From IMG/VR virus record IMGVR_UViG_3300010236_000002: a stretch of 46,669 bases of DNA. One strand, written 5' to 3'. Shown here one piece after another: positions 25,248 through 31,814 of the stretch. Origin of the DNA: a virus. Every line of letters begins with the position of its first letter. Position 1 is the stretch's first letter. Below the pieces are notes generated by a model, which saw only the letters and a list, made by a program, of their open reading frames with translations, was not told the DNA's origin and did not search any database. A program made the translations under genes and the position numbers.

Positions 25248-25486
25248 CGGTAGTCCTCCCACATGTAGAGAATCATTTCTCGTATATCCTCGATAAACGT
25301 GTCAGGGTCGCTAGGAAGGTCTTCTAGCGAACCAACCTTCTCTGCGAGGATACTCTCGATCATATCGGATAGTCCCTGTATAAACTTTTCTCTCTTGTCG
25401 TCGAGCTCCTGCACCTTGTCGAGCTCGCGCTCGAATGTAGCTTCTACACACTTTTGATGCTTTGTAAGATCATTGTCGAAACTCAT
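25244..25486 (-). CDS. Highly acidic early protein (80 aa)
   Basis: ATG 25486 follows GGAGGTGAAG. It lies immediately downstream of a perfect TTGACA-17-TATAAT promoter and is rich in D/E. Confidence 0.65.
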   Translation of the reverse strand: MSFDNDLTKHQKCVEATFERELDKVQELDDKREKFIQGLSDMIESILAEKVGSLEDLPSDPDTFIEDIREMILYMWEDYR

Positions 25487-25530
25487 ATCGCTTCACCTCC
25501 ATATGTGTTGTTTTTGTTTATCATGATCCC

Positions 25531-25559
25531 ATTATATCGCAACTACGAGCGTTTGTCAA
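25531..25559 (-). promoter_or_regulatory. Perfect-consensus sigma70 promoter TTGACA-17 nt-TATAAT (leftward)
   Basis: Minus strand: -35 at 25559-25554 and -10 at 25536-25531. Palindrome copy 9 starts 4 nt upstream of the -35. Confidence 0.75.
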
Positions 25560-25562
25560 TAA

Positions 25563-25585
25563 CTATGTTTAATTTTTGAACATAG
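25563..25585. repeat. Palindromic element copy 9 (ctatgtttaatttttgaacatag; full 23-bp dyad)
   Basis: Abuts the -35 of the consensus promoter at 25531-25559. Confidence 0.9.
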
Positions 25586-25595
25586 CGTGCGATGC

Positions 25596-25724
25596 TCACC
25601 AGTTCCACGTTCCTACGCCTAAACCATGTGTCACAGCGCCGTAGGCCAACCAGGCTACAAACACCAGCACTACATAAACCGCCCAGCGAACGCGCTGTCT
25701 GAACTTGTATATGTTCCTAGTCAT
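25596..25724 (-). CDS. Small membrane ORF (42 aa, one TMD)
   Basis: ATG 25724 follows GGGAGGTGA. Hydrophobic core: WAVYVVLVFVAWLAYGAV. Confidence 0.4.
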   Translation of the reverse strand: MTRNIYKFRQRVRWAVYVVLVFVAWLAYGAVTHGLGVGTWNW

Positions 25725-26328
25725 CTGTTTCACCTCCCTTCACTTGTCCATTAGCAGACATCATTTTAATAAGATCCGCCTGCTTCGCTTTGAACTCTCT
25801 ATCTCTTTGTGCCTGCGCCTCAGCGCGTGCTTGTATGCTATCTCCGCTAATAGCTTTAGTCGCAGCAGGAATAACTCCATTATTCTGCAAATGCGCTGCA
25901 GTTCTATGCACGGCAGCTTTACGCTCTTCTTCAGTCATATCTAAAAACGACTTCTGAGGTTGCTGTAGAGCAAGCATGCCATCTCGCTCAGCCTTTAGCA
26001 TACCCTTCTTCATCATAACATTAGGCGGAAGAGAGCCAGTCTCCTTGAAGTACGCCTCATCTGCGGCAGCCTGTAAGAGTGCCTTAGTAGCCCTTGGATT
26101 ACTGTGTAGTGACATGCCTATAGTTTCCATATAGTCAATAGCCTCAACCACAGAAGAAAACGGCTCTACACCATGCTTTCTATTATACAACCATGCTAAC
26201 TGCTCTACAGCATGCCATAGAACATCACTCTTCGACCTACACCCAGCACCTTCCTTCTCGTACGCCCTGGCTAACTCGGCGAAGCTAGTGATACTAACCC
26301 TCGCCTGTACACTAACCGTCTTGTGCAT
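25717..26328 (-). CDS. Early protein (203 aa), possible RHH-like N-terminus
   Basis: The preferred start is ATG 26328 (MHKTVSVQARVS), 7 nt after GGAGGG. The ATG 26343 of the ORF track has no SD. It is downstream of the promoter at 26359-26387. Confidence 0.6.
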   Translation of the reverse strand: MHKTVSVQARVSITSFAELARAYEKEGAGCRSKSDVLWHAVEQLAWLYNRKHGVEPFSSVVEAIDYMETIGMSLHSNPRATKALLQAAADEAYFKETGSLPPNVMMKKGMLKAERDGMLALQQPQKSFLDMTEEERKAAVHRTAAHLQNNGVIPAATKAISGDSIQARAEAQAQRDREFKAKQADLIKMMSANGQVKGGETDD

Positions 26329-26358
26329 CACCTGTCCCTCCATGTCATTATTTCAGCC

Positions 26359-26387
26359 AACATATCACATAAACACATAGAAGTCAA
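26359..26387 (-). promoter_or_regulatory. sigma70-type promoter TTGACT-17 nt-TATGTT (leftward)
   Basis: Minus strand: -35 at 26387-26382 and -10 at 26364-26359. Near-identical to the promoter at 23970-23998. Confidence 0.65.
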
Positions 26388-26407
26388 GCTCTACACAAAT
26401 GTTTGCA

Positions 26408-26675
26408 TGTTTGCTATGTATGTATGTATGTCTGTATACATGTATACAGTATACACCCAGTACCTCCCCAATGCCATTATTTCATGTATCTCGCTTTTTG
26501 ATCTCCTCTCTCTTATCTTCTAGTTATTTTTTTTATATAGTAATATATATATATAAGTAGAAAGAAAAGAAGAGAGAAAGAAAAGAGAAGAAACGAACTA
26601 AAGGCCAAAAAAATCATTGGGGAGGTATCCCATGTATACTGTATACATGTATACATACACACATACATACAAACA
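26408..26675. repeat. Composite inverted repeat (~60-bp arms, nested polypyrimidine/polypurine arms, A/T core); candidate replication origin or cruciform
   Basis: The left arm (26408-26473) is the approximate reverse complement of the right arm (26615-26675). Both arms contain the perfect 16-bp palindrome TGTATACATGTATACA (26433-26448, 26640-26655) and TACCTCCCCAATG. A CT-rich tract (26491-26521) faces a GA-rich tract (26558-26594) around TTATTTTTTTTATATAGTAATATATATATATAAG. Confidence 0.85.
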
Positions 26676-26717
26676 CACAACCCTGAGTTCATGCCCTCTA
26701 TAGAGGGCAAGAATAGG

Positions 26718-26930
26718 TTATTCGTGATTACTTAGGTAGTCAATCATAGCTGCCGCGATTGTTCCTCCGTACATACTGTTACACCAGTCAACGAACTCTT
26801 CTAAGGTCTTTCCTGTTTTATCCTTACGGTATGCAAGGCTAACCAGCAGACCAAACTTGTCACTGCAATCTGTGTTGTGTGGATACTTACTAATAAACGT
26901 ACCAAGATCTGTATCTGCAACTTTTTCCAT
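26718..26930 (-). CDS. Hypothetical early protein (70 aa)
   Basis: ATG 26930 follows GGAGGAGAGAAG. It is flanked by the 14-nt direct repeat TTCATGCCCTCTAT (26688-26701 and 26948-26961). Confidence 0.6.
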   Translation of the reverse strand: MEKVADTDLGTFISKYPHNTDCSDKFGLLVSLAYRKDKTGKTLEEFVDWCNSMYGGTIAAAMIDYLSNHE

Positions 26931-26975
26931 CTTCTCTCCTCCATAGATTCATGCCCTCTATCCGTCCCGCCTCGA

Positions 26976-26998
26976 CTATGTTTATAATTTGAACACAG
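26976..26998. repeat. Palindromic element copy 10 (ctatgtttataatttgaacacag)
   Basis: Abuts stop 26999 of the first early gene, 46 nt upstream of ATG 26930. Confidence 0.9.
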
Positions 26999-27361
26999 TT
27001 ACTCCGCTTTCCCCGCTGCCGCTTCCATCATCTCGCGCATAAGCTCCAGCGCTTTCGCCGCGTCTCCACCGGCTTTCCGCAGAATCGTCTTCACCGCTTT
27101 CTCCGCAGAGACCTCTCCTGTCGCGCGCGTCCCAGGCTTTGGCACGACATATGTTGCCTGCGTCGGAATAGCAACCGCGCCGTCTTTCTTCAACGCTGCC
27201 CTTCTCGCTGCGGCCTGCCACTTAATCACCGCAGAGTCCGCGGCCATATTGAAGATATCCTCCTCGCTCAGGTTCGAGAAATCCAGTGTAAGTTCTGTAA
27301 CTGTCTCCCCGTCACCTTCAAACCGCCTGGTCCTGCATGTAACTGTAACTTTCTTCTCCAT
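26999..27361 (-). CDS. First early protein of the leftward block (120 aa), apparent paralogue of CDS 23544-23900
   Basis: The preferred start is ATG 27361 (MEKKVTVT), after AGGAGGTGA (27375-27367). The longer ORF-track version starts inside the structured leader. Confidence 0.65.
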   Translation of the reverse strand: MEKKVTVTCRTRRFEGDGETVTELTLDFSNLSEEDIFNMAADSAVIKWQAAARRAALKKDGAVAIPTQATYVVPKPGTRATGEVSAEKAVKTILRKAGGDAAKALELMREMMEAAAGKAE

Positions 27362-27429
27362 CTCTCTCACCTCCTGCCCGTTTCGGGCGAAAAAACGAGG
27401 CGAGACTGATAGAGAGCATGAACTCCCTC

Positions 27430-27521
27430 GAGGGCATAACACGCCTGCTTATTTGTTATTAGATGTCACTTACCTCGCCAGGTGCAAAATCCCATTCCAT
27501 AAGCAGGCTTATTATGCCCTC
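27430..27521 (-). promoter_or_regulatory. Long imperfect hairpin in the 5' leader of the leftward early transcript
   Basis: GAGGGCATAAcacGCCTGCTTAT (27430-27452) pairs with ATAAGCAGGCttaTTATGCCCTC (27499-27521). That gives 20 bp in two 10-bp helices with a 46-nt loop, between the promoter at 27709-27737 and the SD at 27367-27375. Confidence 0.6.
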
Positions 27522-27708
27522 GAGTTCCCAGTCAAGGCGTATCGTGTCACACTCGATTCGTCACCGAGCGAGGCCTTGCCGATTCGCAACATTGCGTTGT
27601 TGGTTCGGTTGCCCGTCCATTGACGTAACACAGAAACACCACGTTACGTGTATCGGTCGAACCCGCCATGCGATATGTCAAAGATCATCATCTCATTTTG
27701 TTGACTCC

Positions 27709-27737
27709 ATCATAACAGACAATCACGCAAATGTCAA
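27709..27737 (-). promoter_or_regulatory. sigma70-type promoter TTGACA-17 nt-TATGAT (leftward early promoter)
   Basis: Minus strand: -35 at 27737-27732 and -10 at 27714-27709. It is the most upstream promoter of the minus-strand block. Confidence 0.7.
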
Positions 27738-27797
27738 GCAAAATCTTAACGACCCCGCCCCTTGGGGAAACGCCACCCTCGCGCACACAGCAAGGAC

Positions 27798-27825
27798 TTG
27801 GTAGAGTATGTATAGAGAATAAAAT
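27798..27825 (+). promoter_or_regulatory. Possible additional rightward promoter TTGGTA-16 nt-TAAAAT
   Basis: Hexamers at 27798-27803 and 27820-27825. The predicted start falls in the tandem repeat cacattttcg x2 (27828-27847). Weaker match than the others. Confidence 0.35.
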
Positions 27826-27926
27826 ACCACATTTTCGCACATTTTCGCATAGCCTTCGCTCTCGCCTTCGGGTTCTCCGTGCGTGCGTGCGAGCGGTTGC
27901 GATGGATAGCCGCGCATCGAACGCAC

Positions 27927-27949
27927 CTGTGTTTATATTTTAAACATAG
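27927..27949. repeat. Palindromic element copy 11 (ctgtgtttatattttaaacatag)
   Basis: Lies in the centre of the divergent promoter region, between the leftward promoter (27709-27737) and the rightward promoter (28103-28131). Confidence 0.9.
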
Positions 27950-28102
27950 CTTTTCGTTGTAGGTAGAAATTATTGCTATATCTGTGCCAAACCTTTCATT
28001 TTTGTGCAATTTGCTAATCTACACAGAGCTCTGCTAATAGGCGTGCATCTATCCCAAGGAAGACACCTAATAGCACGCCTAAAAATTCATTCATGAAAAC
28101 AC

Positions 28103-28131
28103 TTGACAAGAACGGGTTTTTATTGTATGCT
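28103..28131 (+). promoter_or_regulatory. sigma70-type promoter TTGACA-17 nt-TATGCT (rightward)
   Basis: -35 at 28103-28108 and -10 at 28126-28131, followed by SD AGGAGA and ATG 28157. Confidence 0.7.
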
Positions 28132-28156
28132 ATGCACACGATAGGAGAAGAAGTAC

Positions 28157-28627
28157 ATGGATAGAAGGCGCAATCCGAATAAGAAGAGCTTCGCTGTCAC
28201 CGAGATGTGGAACACGCACCGGGAGATTGCGAGGCTGGCTGCTACGGGAATGAAAGGGGCAGATATAGCGAGGACGCTAAACGTCACGCCAGTGATGGTT
28301 AGCTATACACTGAATAGCCCTATCGTCAAGCGCCAGCTCGATCAGATGCACGCAGCGAGGGATATAGACGCGATCGACGTAGCTAAGCGTATTCATGAAG
28401 TGGCACCCAAGGCTCTGGAGGTTCTTGAGGAGCTGCTTGATGCAGAGACAGACTCTATTCGTCTGAAGGCTGCTACAGATATTCTTGACCGAGCAGGGCA
28501 TGCAGCTGTGAAGACACTCCGGACGGAGAGCTTAGCGGTGCATCTGAATAAGGATGATCTGGATGAGATCAAAGAGCGAGCACGTTCTATCGGGCTTTGT
28601 ATAGATGTAGATAACGCTGAGAGGTGA
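28157..28627 (+). CDS. HTH DNA-binding protein (156 aa): small-terminase-like or transcription regulator
   Basis: N-terminal HTH REIARLAATGMKGADIARTLNVTPVMVS. The C-terminal RLKAATDILDRAGH pattern is common in small terminase subunits. It is the first gene of the rightward block but is separated from terL by the lysis genes. Confidence 0.45.
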   Translation: MDRRRNPNKKSFAVTEMWNTHREIARLAATGMKGADIARTLNVTPVMVSYTLNSPIVKRQLDQMHAARDIDAIDVAKRIHEVAPKALEVLEELLDAETDSIRLKAATDILDRAGHAAVKTLRTESLAVHLNKDDLDEIKERARSIGLCIDVDNAER

Positions 28628-28634
28628 TCGCGAG

Positions 28635-28874
28635 TTGGGGGATTATGATCTTATCAGGCGAGCTGTAGAAGACGCGATGAAGGAGCAGATGAAGAACTTC
28701 TACATCGAGCGAGAGAAGCACTACAAGCATCATGAGTTCATTGACGAGTGGATGGAGTGGACGAAGGAGACCAAGAGCACATGTAGAAAGGCACTGATGA
28801 CGATAGTTATAGGTGGCCTGGTGGCGTTACTTGCAGTTGGTTTCGCCGTAAAGGTGGGAGGGCAGATTAGATGA
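28635..28874 (+). CDS. Putative holin (79 aa, single C-terminal TMD)
   Basis: TTG 28635 lies 8 nt after GAGAGGTGA. TMD: ALMTIVIGGLVALLAVGFAVKVGG. The stop overlaps the ATG of the amidase gene (ATGA). Confidence 0.5.
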   Translation: MGDYDLIRRAVEDAMKEQMKNFYIEREKHYKHHEFIDEWMEWTKETKSTCRKALMTIVIGGLVALLAVGFAVKVGGQIR

Positions 28875-29320
28875 GGAGGAAGGATACGAGGTATATCGTC
28901 ATTCACTGTGCCGCCACAAGGCCGGAGCAAGATATAGGTGTGAAAGAGATCAGAAAGTGGCACCTGGCCAGGAAGTTCAAGGATGTAGGCTATCACTTTG
29001 TGATTCGTAGAAGTGGAGAGGTAGAGCGAGGTAGGGCGATTGATGAGGTTGGAGCACATGTAGTTGGATACAATCATTGCTCTATTGGTATTTGTCTAGT
29101 CGGCGGGATTGACGAAGATCTTAGGCCTGCAGATAACTTCACGCCAGTGCAGATGAGAGCATTAGGAGAGCTTCTGGCTCACTTGACTGCAGTGTATCCT
29201 AGTGCGATTGTGGTTGGGCATAGGGACTTCAACGGGGTAGCTAAAGCATGCCCCTGCTTTAACGCAGGAAAGTGGTGGAGAGCCACAAAGACATCTAACG
29301 TGGAGGCTGTAAATGTTTAG
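28871..29320 (+). CDS. N-acetylmuramoyl-L-alanine amidase, T7 lysozyme (gp3.5) type (149 aa)
   Basis: Collinear with T7 lysozyme: IVIHCAAT, VGYHFVIRRSGEVERGR, GAHVVGYNHCSIGICLVGGID, FTPVQM, HRDF...KACPCF. Confidence 0.95.
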   Translation: MRRKDTRYIVIHCAATRPEQDIGVKEIRKWHLARKFKDVGYHFVIRRSGEVERGRAIDEVGAHVVGYNHCSIGICLVGGIDEDLRPADNFTPVQMRALGELLAHLTAVYPSAIVVGHRDFNGVAKACPCFNAGKWWRATKTSNVEAVNV

Positions 29321-29693
29321 TGCACTGTTTGGTTGGTTGAAGGGCTTGTTTGGGGTGGGGAAGGAAGAGAGTAAGGAAGCAAGCGTGAAGAAGGTTGCGA
29401 AGATAGCTGGGCTCTTCGTAGCAGCAAACAATCAGAGCTATGTGCCACTTGCGAAGGCAGCGTTGGAAGATGTGCAAGGTTTTGTAGAGAATGGGGCTGC
29501 TAAGATGGTCGTGAACAAGGCCTTCAAGGATGCACTAGACGAGATTGCTGATAACGTGAAGGATAGAGCCAAGATACTGGCCGTGTTTACTATCCTCGGC
29601 ATAGACCCAGGGAACAATGTGACTATCCCGAATGTAGAGCTTCCATTGATCGAGGCGGCAGTAGAAGGCTTTCTCGAGGGCTTTGCGGTATAG
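29313..29693 (+). CDS. Hypothetical protein (126 aa), possibly lysis-associated
   Basis: ATG 29313 lies 6 nt after GGAGG and overlaps the end of the amidase gene. N-terminus is amphipathic (MFSALFGWLKGLFG). Confidence 0.5.
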   Translation: MFSALFGWLKGLFGVGKEESKEASVKKVAKIAGLFVAANNQSYVPLAKAALEDVQGFVENGAAKMVVNKAFKDALDEIADNVKDRAKILAVFTILGIDPGNNVTIPNVELPLIEAAVEGFLEGFAV

Positions 29694-29695
29694 CT

Positions 29696-30100
29696 ATGAT
29701 TCAGTATCGAAAGGGATTTAAGTATCAACTTAATGCTGATTATCAGGAGTATGTAGGCATTAAGGCTCCACGAGGCGGGATTAACACGCAGTGGCTCTCC
29801 CTATCTGAGACAGGATGGCTCACAATGCGAAAAGGCTACGCATGGGATGGGCCTAGTGGGCTAACGATAGATACGAAAGATAGCTTGCGTGGCTCTTTGG
29901 TGCATGATGCGCTGTATCAGCTTATGCGCCTTGGGTTACTCTCACAGAGCTATCGGGACGAGGCAGACGCCTTGCTAAAGAAGCTATGCATAGAGGACGG
30001 AATGAACTCTGTTAGGGCGCAACTCTGGTACATAGTGGTAAGAATGTTTGCTGAACCTTATGCTCGTTATAGTGCAGAGGAGGTACTAACAGCACCATGA
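29696..30100 (+). CDS. DUF1353-like protein (134 aa)
   Basis: GYAWDGPSG ... SLVHDALYQL, as in DUF1353-family phage proteins. Confidence 0.55.
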   Translation: MIQYRKGFKYQLNADYQEYVGIKAPRGGINTQWLSLSETGWLTMRKGYAWDGPSGLTIDTKDSLRGSLVHDALYQLMRLGLLSQSYRDEADALLKKLCIEDGMNSVRAQLWYIVVRMFAEPYARYSAEEVLTAP

Positions 30101-30227
30101 TGATACCTGCAGGAGATGAGGTTCTTCGAGAGTTTCTTACGAATAATCTGGATTGCATAATCCTTCTATATTGCTTTCTGCAGAGCTTGTTTCCAGAGAG
30201 TAGGCTTCTAGCAGCTTTGCGGAATGG

Positions 30228-30250
30228 CTATGTTCAATTTATGAACAGAG
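30228..30250. repeat. Palindromic element copy 12 (ctatgttcaatttatgaacagag)
   Basis: Lies in the 169-nt gap before terL, 20 nt upstream of ATG 30270. Confidence 0.9.
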
Positions 30251-30269
30251 GGGATCGGGCGAAATAGCG

Positions 30270-31781
30270 ATGCTACCAGAAGAGAAGGAACAGATAAAGG
30301 CGATTATGTCCCAGTGCTTTCTGAGCACGAAGGTCTGTTGCAAAGTTCTCTTTGGGGAGAGCTTCTCTCGACCATTTGCTAGCGTTACTGACCCCGTGTT
30401 TGAGGTTATAGATAACGATGAGTTGCAAAAAGTAGTGATCAAAGCCCCACGAGGTTGGGGAAAGAGCACTATTATGAACATAGGCCACGCTGGAAAGAAA
30501 GCACTTTTTCGGGAGAAGAAGTTCATTGTGCCGATCTCTAGTACGGCTACCAAGGCCCAGATGGAAAGCGAGAACCTGAAGCGGGAGCTGATGACCAATG
30601 CGATGGTTAGAAAGATATTCGGAAACGTCAAGACGAACACAGCTGGTGATACAGATATCGATCCTACCTTCAGCAAGGAGATGTGGACTGTTAATGGGGA
30701 AACTCTCATCTTCCCCCGTGGCGCTGGGCAACAGGTTCGTGGTGTACGATGGGGGAAGCGGAGGCCAGATCTTATTATTGTGGACGATCTGGAAGACCCT
30801 GAGGAAGTTGTTAGTGAAGAGCAGAGGAGAAAGTTGAAGGAGTGGTTCTTCGCAGATGTGATGAACTCTATCGACCGTAGCGTCCCTTGGAAGGTTATCT
30901 TCATCGGTACGCTTCTGCATGAGAATGCGCTTCTAGCAGACCTCCTCGCAGACCCTACATGGGCAAAGGTCGAGATTGATCTGTGTGATGATGAGTTGAA
31001 CTCGAACTGGCCAGACTTTATGACTACCGAGGAGGTTAAGTCGCTCTATGAAAGCTATCGTGTCCAGGGCTTACTGGATGTGTTTTATCGTGAGTACCGT
31101 GGTATTCCTATTGCTAAAGAGACCGCGACTTTTAAACAGGAATACTTCCGTAACTATAGTGAAAGTGATGAGTCATTTACTAAGAACCGCGGAAGGCTTG
31201 AGTCGATAGTTATCATCGACCCTGCTAAGTCGACCAACGTAGCGAGTGATGATAGTGCGATTGTAGGAGTAGGCGTTGATACCAGTATACCTAGGGTCTA
31301 TATCAGAGATATCGTTGCAGGAAAGATGCACCCCGAAGAGATCTATGCTCAAGCGTTTAGCATGGCAGATAGACTTGGAGCTAGGACAATTGGATACGAG
31401 GTCACTTCTCTTAATGAGTTCATTACCTATCCGATTACAACCTACATGCTACAGAGAGGCAAGTTTTATAGCCTTATCGAGCTTAAGGCTAGGGGTAAGA
31501 AAGAAGATAGAATCGCAATGCTATCCCCACTTTATAGGTTAGGCTATATCTACCACAACCCGAACGTCTGCGCGATTCTTGAGTCGCAGTTGCTATCTTT
31601 CCCCAAGAGCAAGCGTGATGACGTCTCGGATGCTACAGCATACTTGGTGGAGATGCTAGAACTCGGTGAACGCTACTTCGCCCCAGACGTGAACGCAGTG
31701 GGCGAGAAGCCGGATGAAGATGAGTTTGCCGAGCTAGAACGAGAATACGAGCCTGCTGTGCAAGGTTGGCGGCAAGCGTAA
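30270..31781 (+). CDS. terL: Terminase large subunit (503 aa)
   Basis: Walker A APRGWGKST, Walker B PDLIIVDDLED, and a C-terminal RNase H-like nuclease region (IIDPA...DDSA...DDVSDA). Lies directly upstream of the portal gene. Confidence 0.9.
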   Translation: MLPEEKEQIKAIMSQCFLSTKVCCKVLFGESFSRPFASVTDPVFEVIDNDELQKVVIKAPRGWGKSTIMNIGHAGKKALFREKKFIVPISSTATKAQMESENLKRELMTNAMVRKIFGNVKTNTAGDTDIDPTFSKEMWTVNGETLIFPRGAGQQVRGVRWGKRRPDLIIVDDLEDPEEVVSEEQRRKLKEWFFADVMNSIDRSVPWKVIFIGTLLHENALLADLLADPTWAKVEIDLCDDELNSNWPDFMTTEEVKSLYESYRVQGLLDVFYREYRGIPIAKETATFKQEYFRNYSESDESFTKNRGRLESIVIIDPAKSTNVASDDSAIVGVGVDTSIPRVYIRDIVAGKMHPEEIYAQAFSMADRLGARTIGYEVTSLNEFITYPITTYMLQRGKFYSLIELKARGKKEDRIAMLSPLYRLGYIYHNPNVCAILESQLLSFPKSKRDDVSDATAYLVEMLELGERYFAPDVNAVGEKPDEDEFAELEREYEPAVQGWRQA

Positions 31782-31804
31782 CTATGTTTAAATTTTAAAC
31801 AAAG
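31782..31804. repeat. Palindromic element copy 13 (ctatgtttaaattttaaacaaag)
   Basis: Starts 1 nt after the terL stop. The CAAAG end is fused to the SD AAAGGTGGA of the portal gene (GTG 31815). Confidence 0.9.
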
Positions 31805-31814
31805 GTGGAAATAA

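Noticed and set aside
26323-26710. ORFs 26323-26523 (+) and 26513-26710 (-) with YVCM/FLL-rich translations
   Set aside because: They are translations of the (TGTA)n / CT-GA low-complexity arms of the large inverted repeat. They mirror each other and have no SD.
27640-27690. GGTTCGA (T-loop-like) on the minus strand as a possible tRNA
   Set aside because: There is no complementary T-stem, acceptor stem or anticodon arm around it.
30239-30920. Two overlapping minus-strand ORFs (221 and 215 aa)
   Set aside because: They are antisense to the large terminase, whose Walker A/B motifs are clear. They have no ribosome-binding sites.
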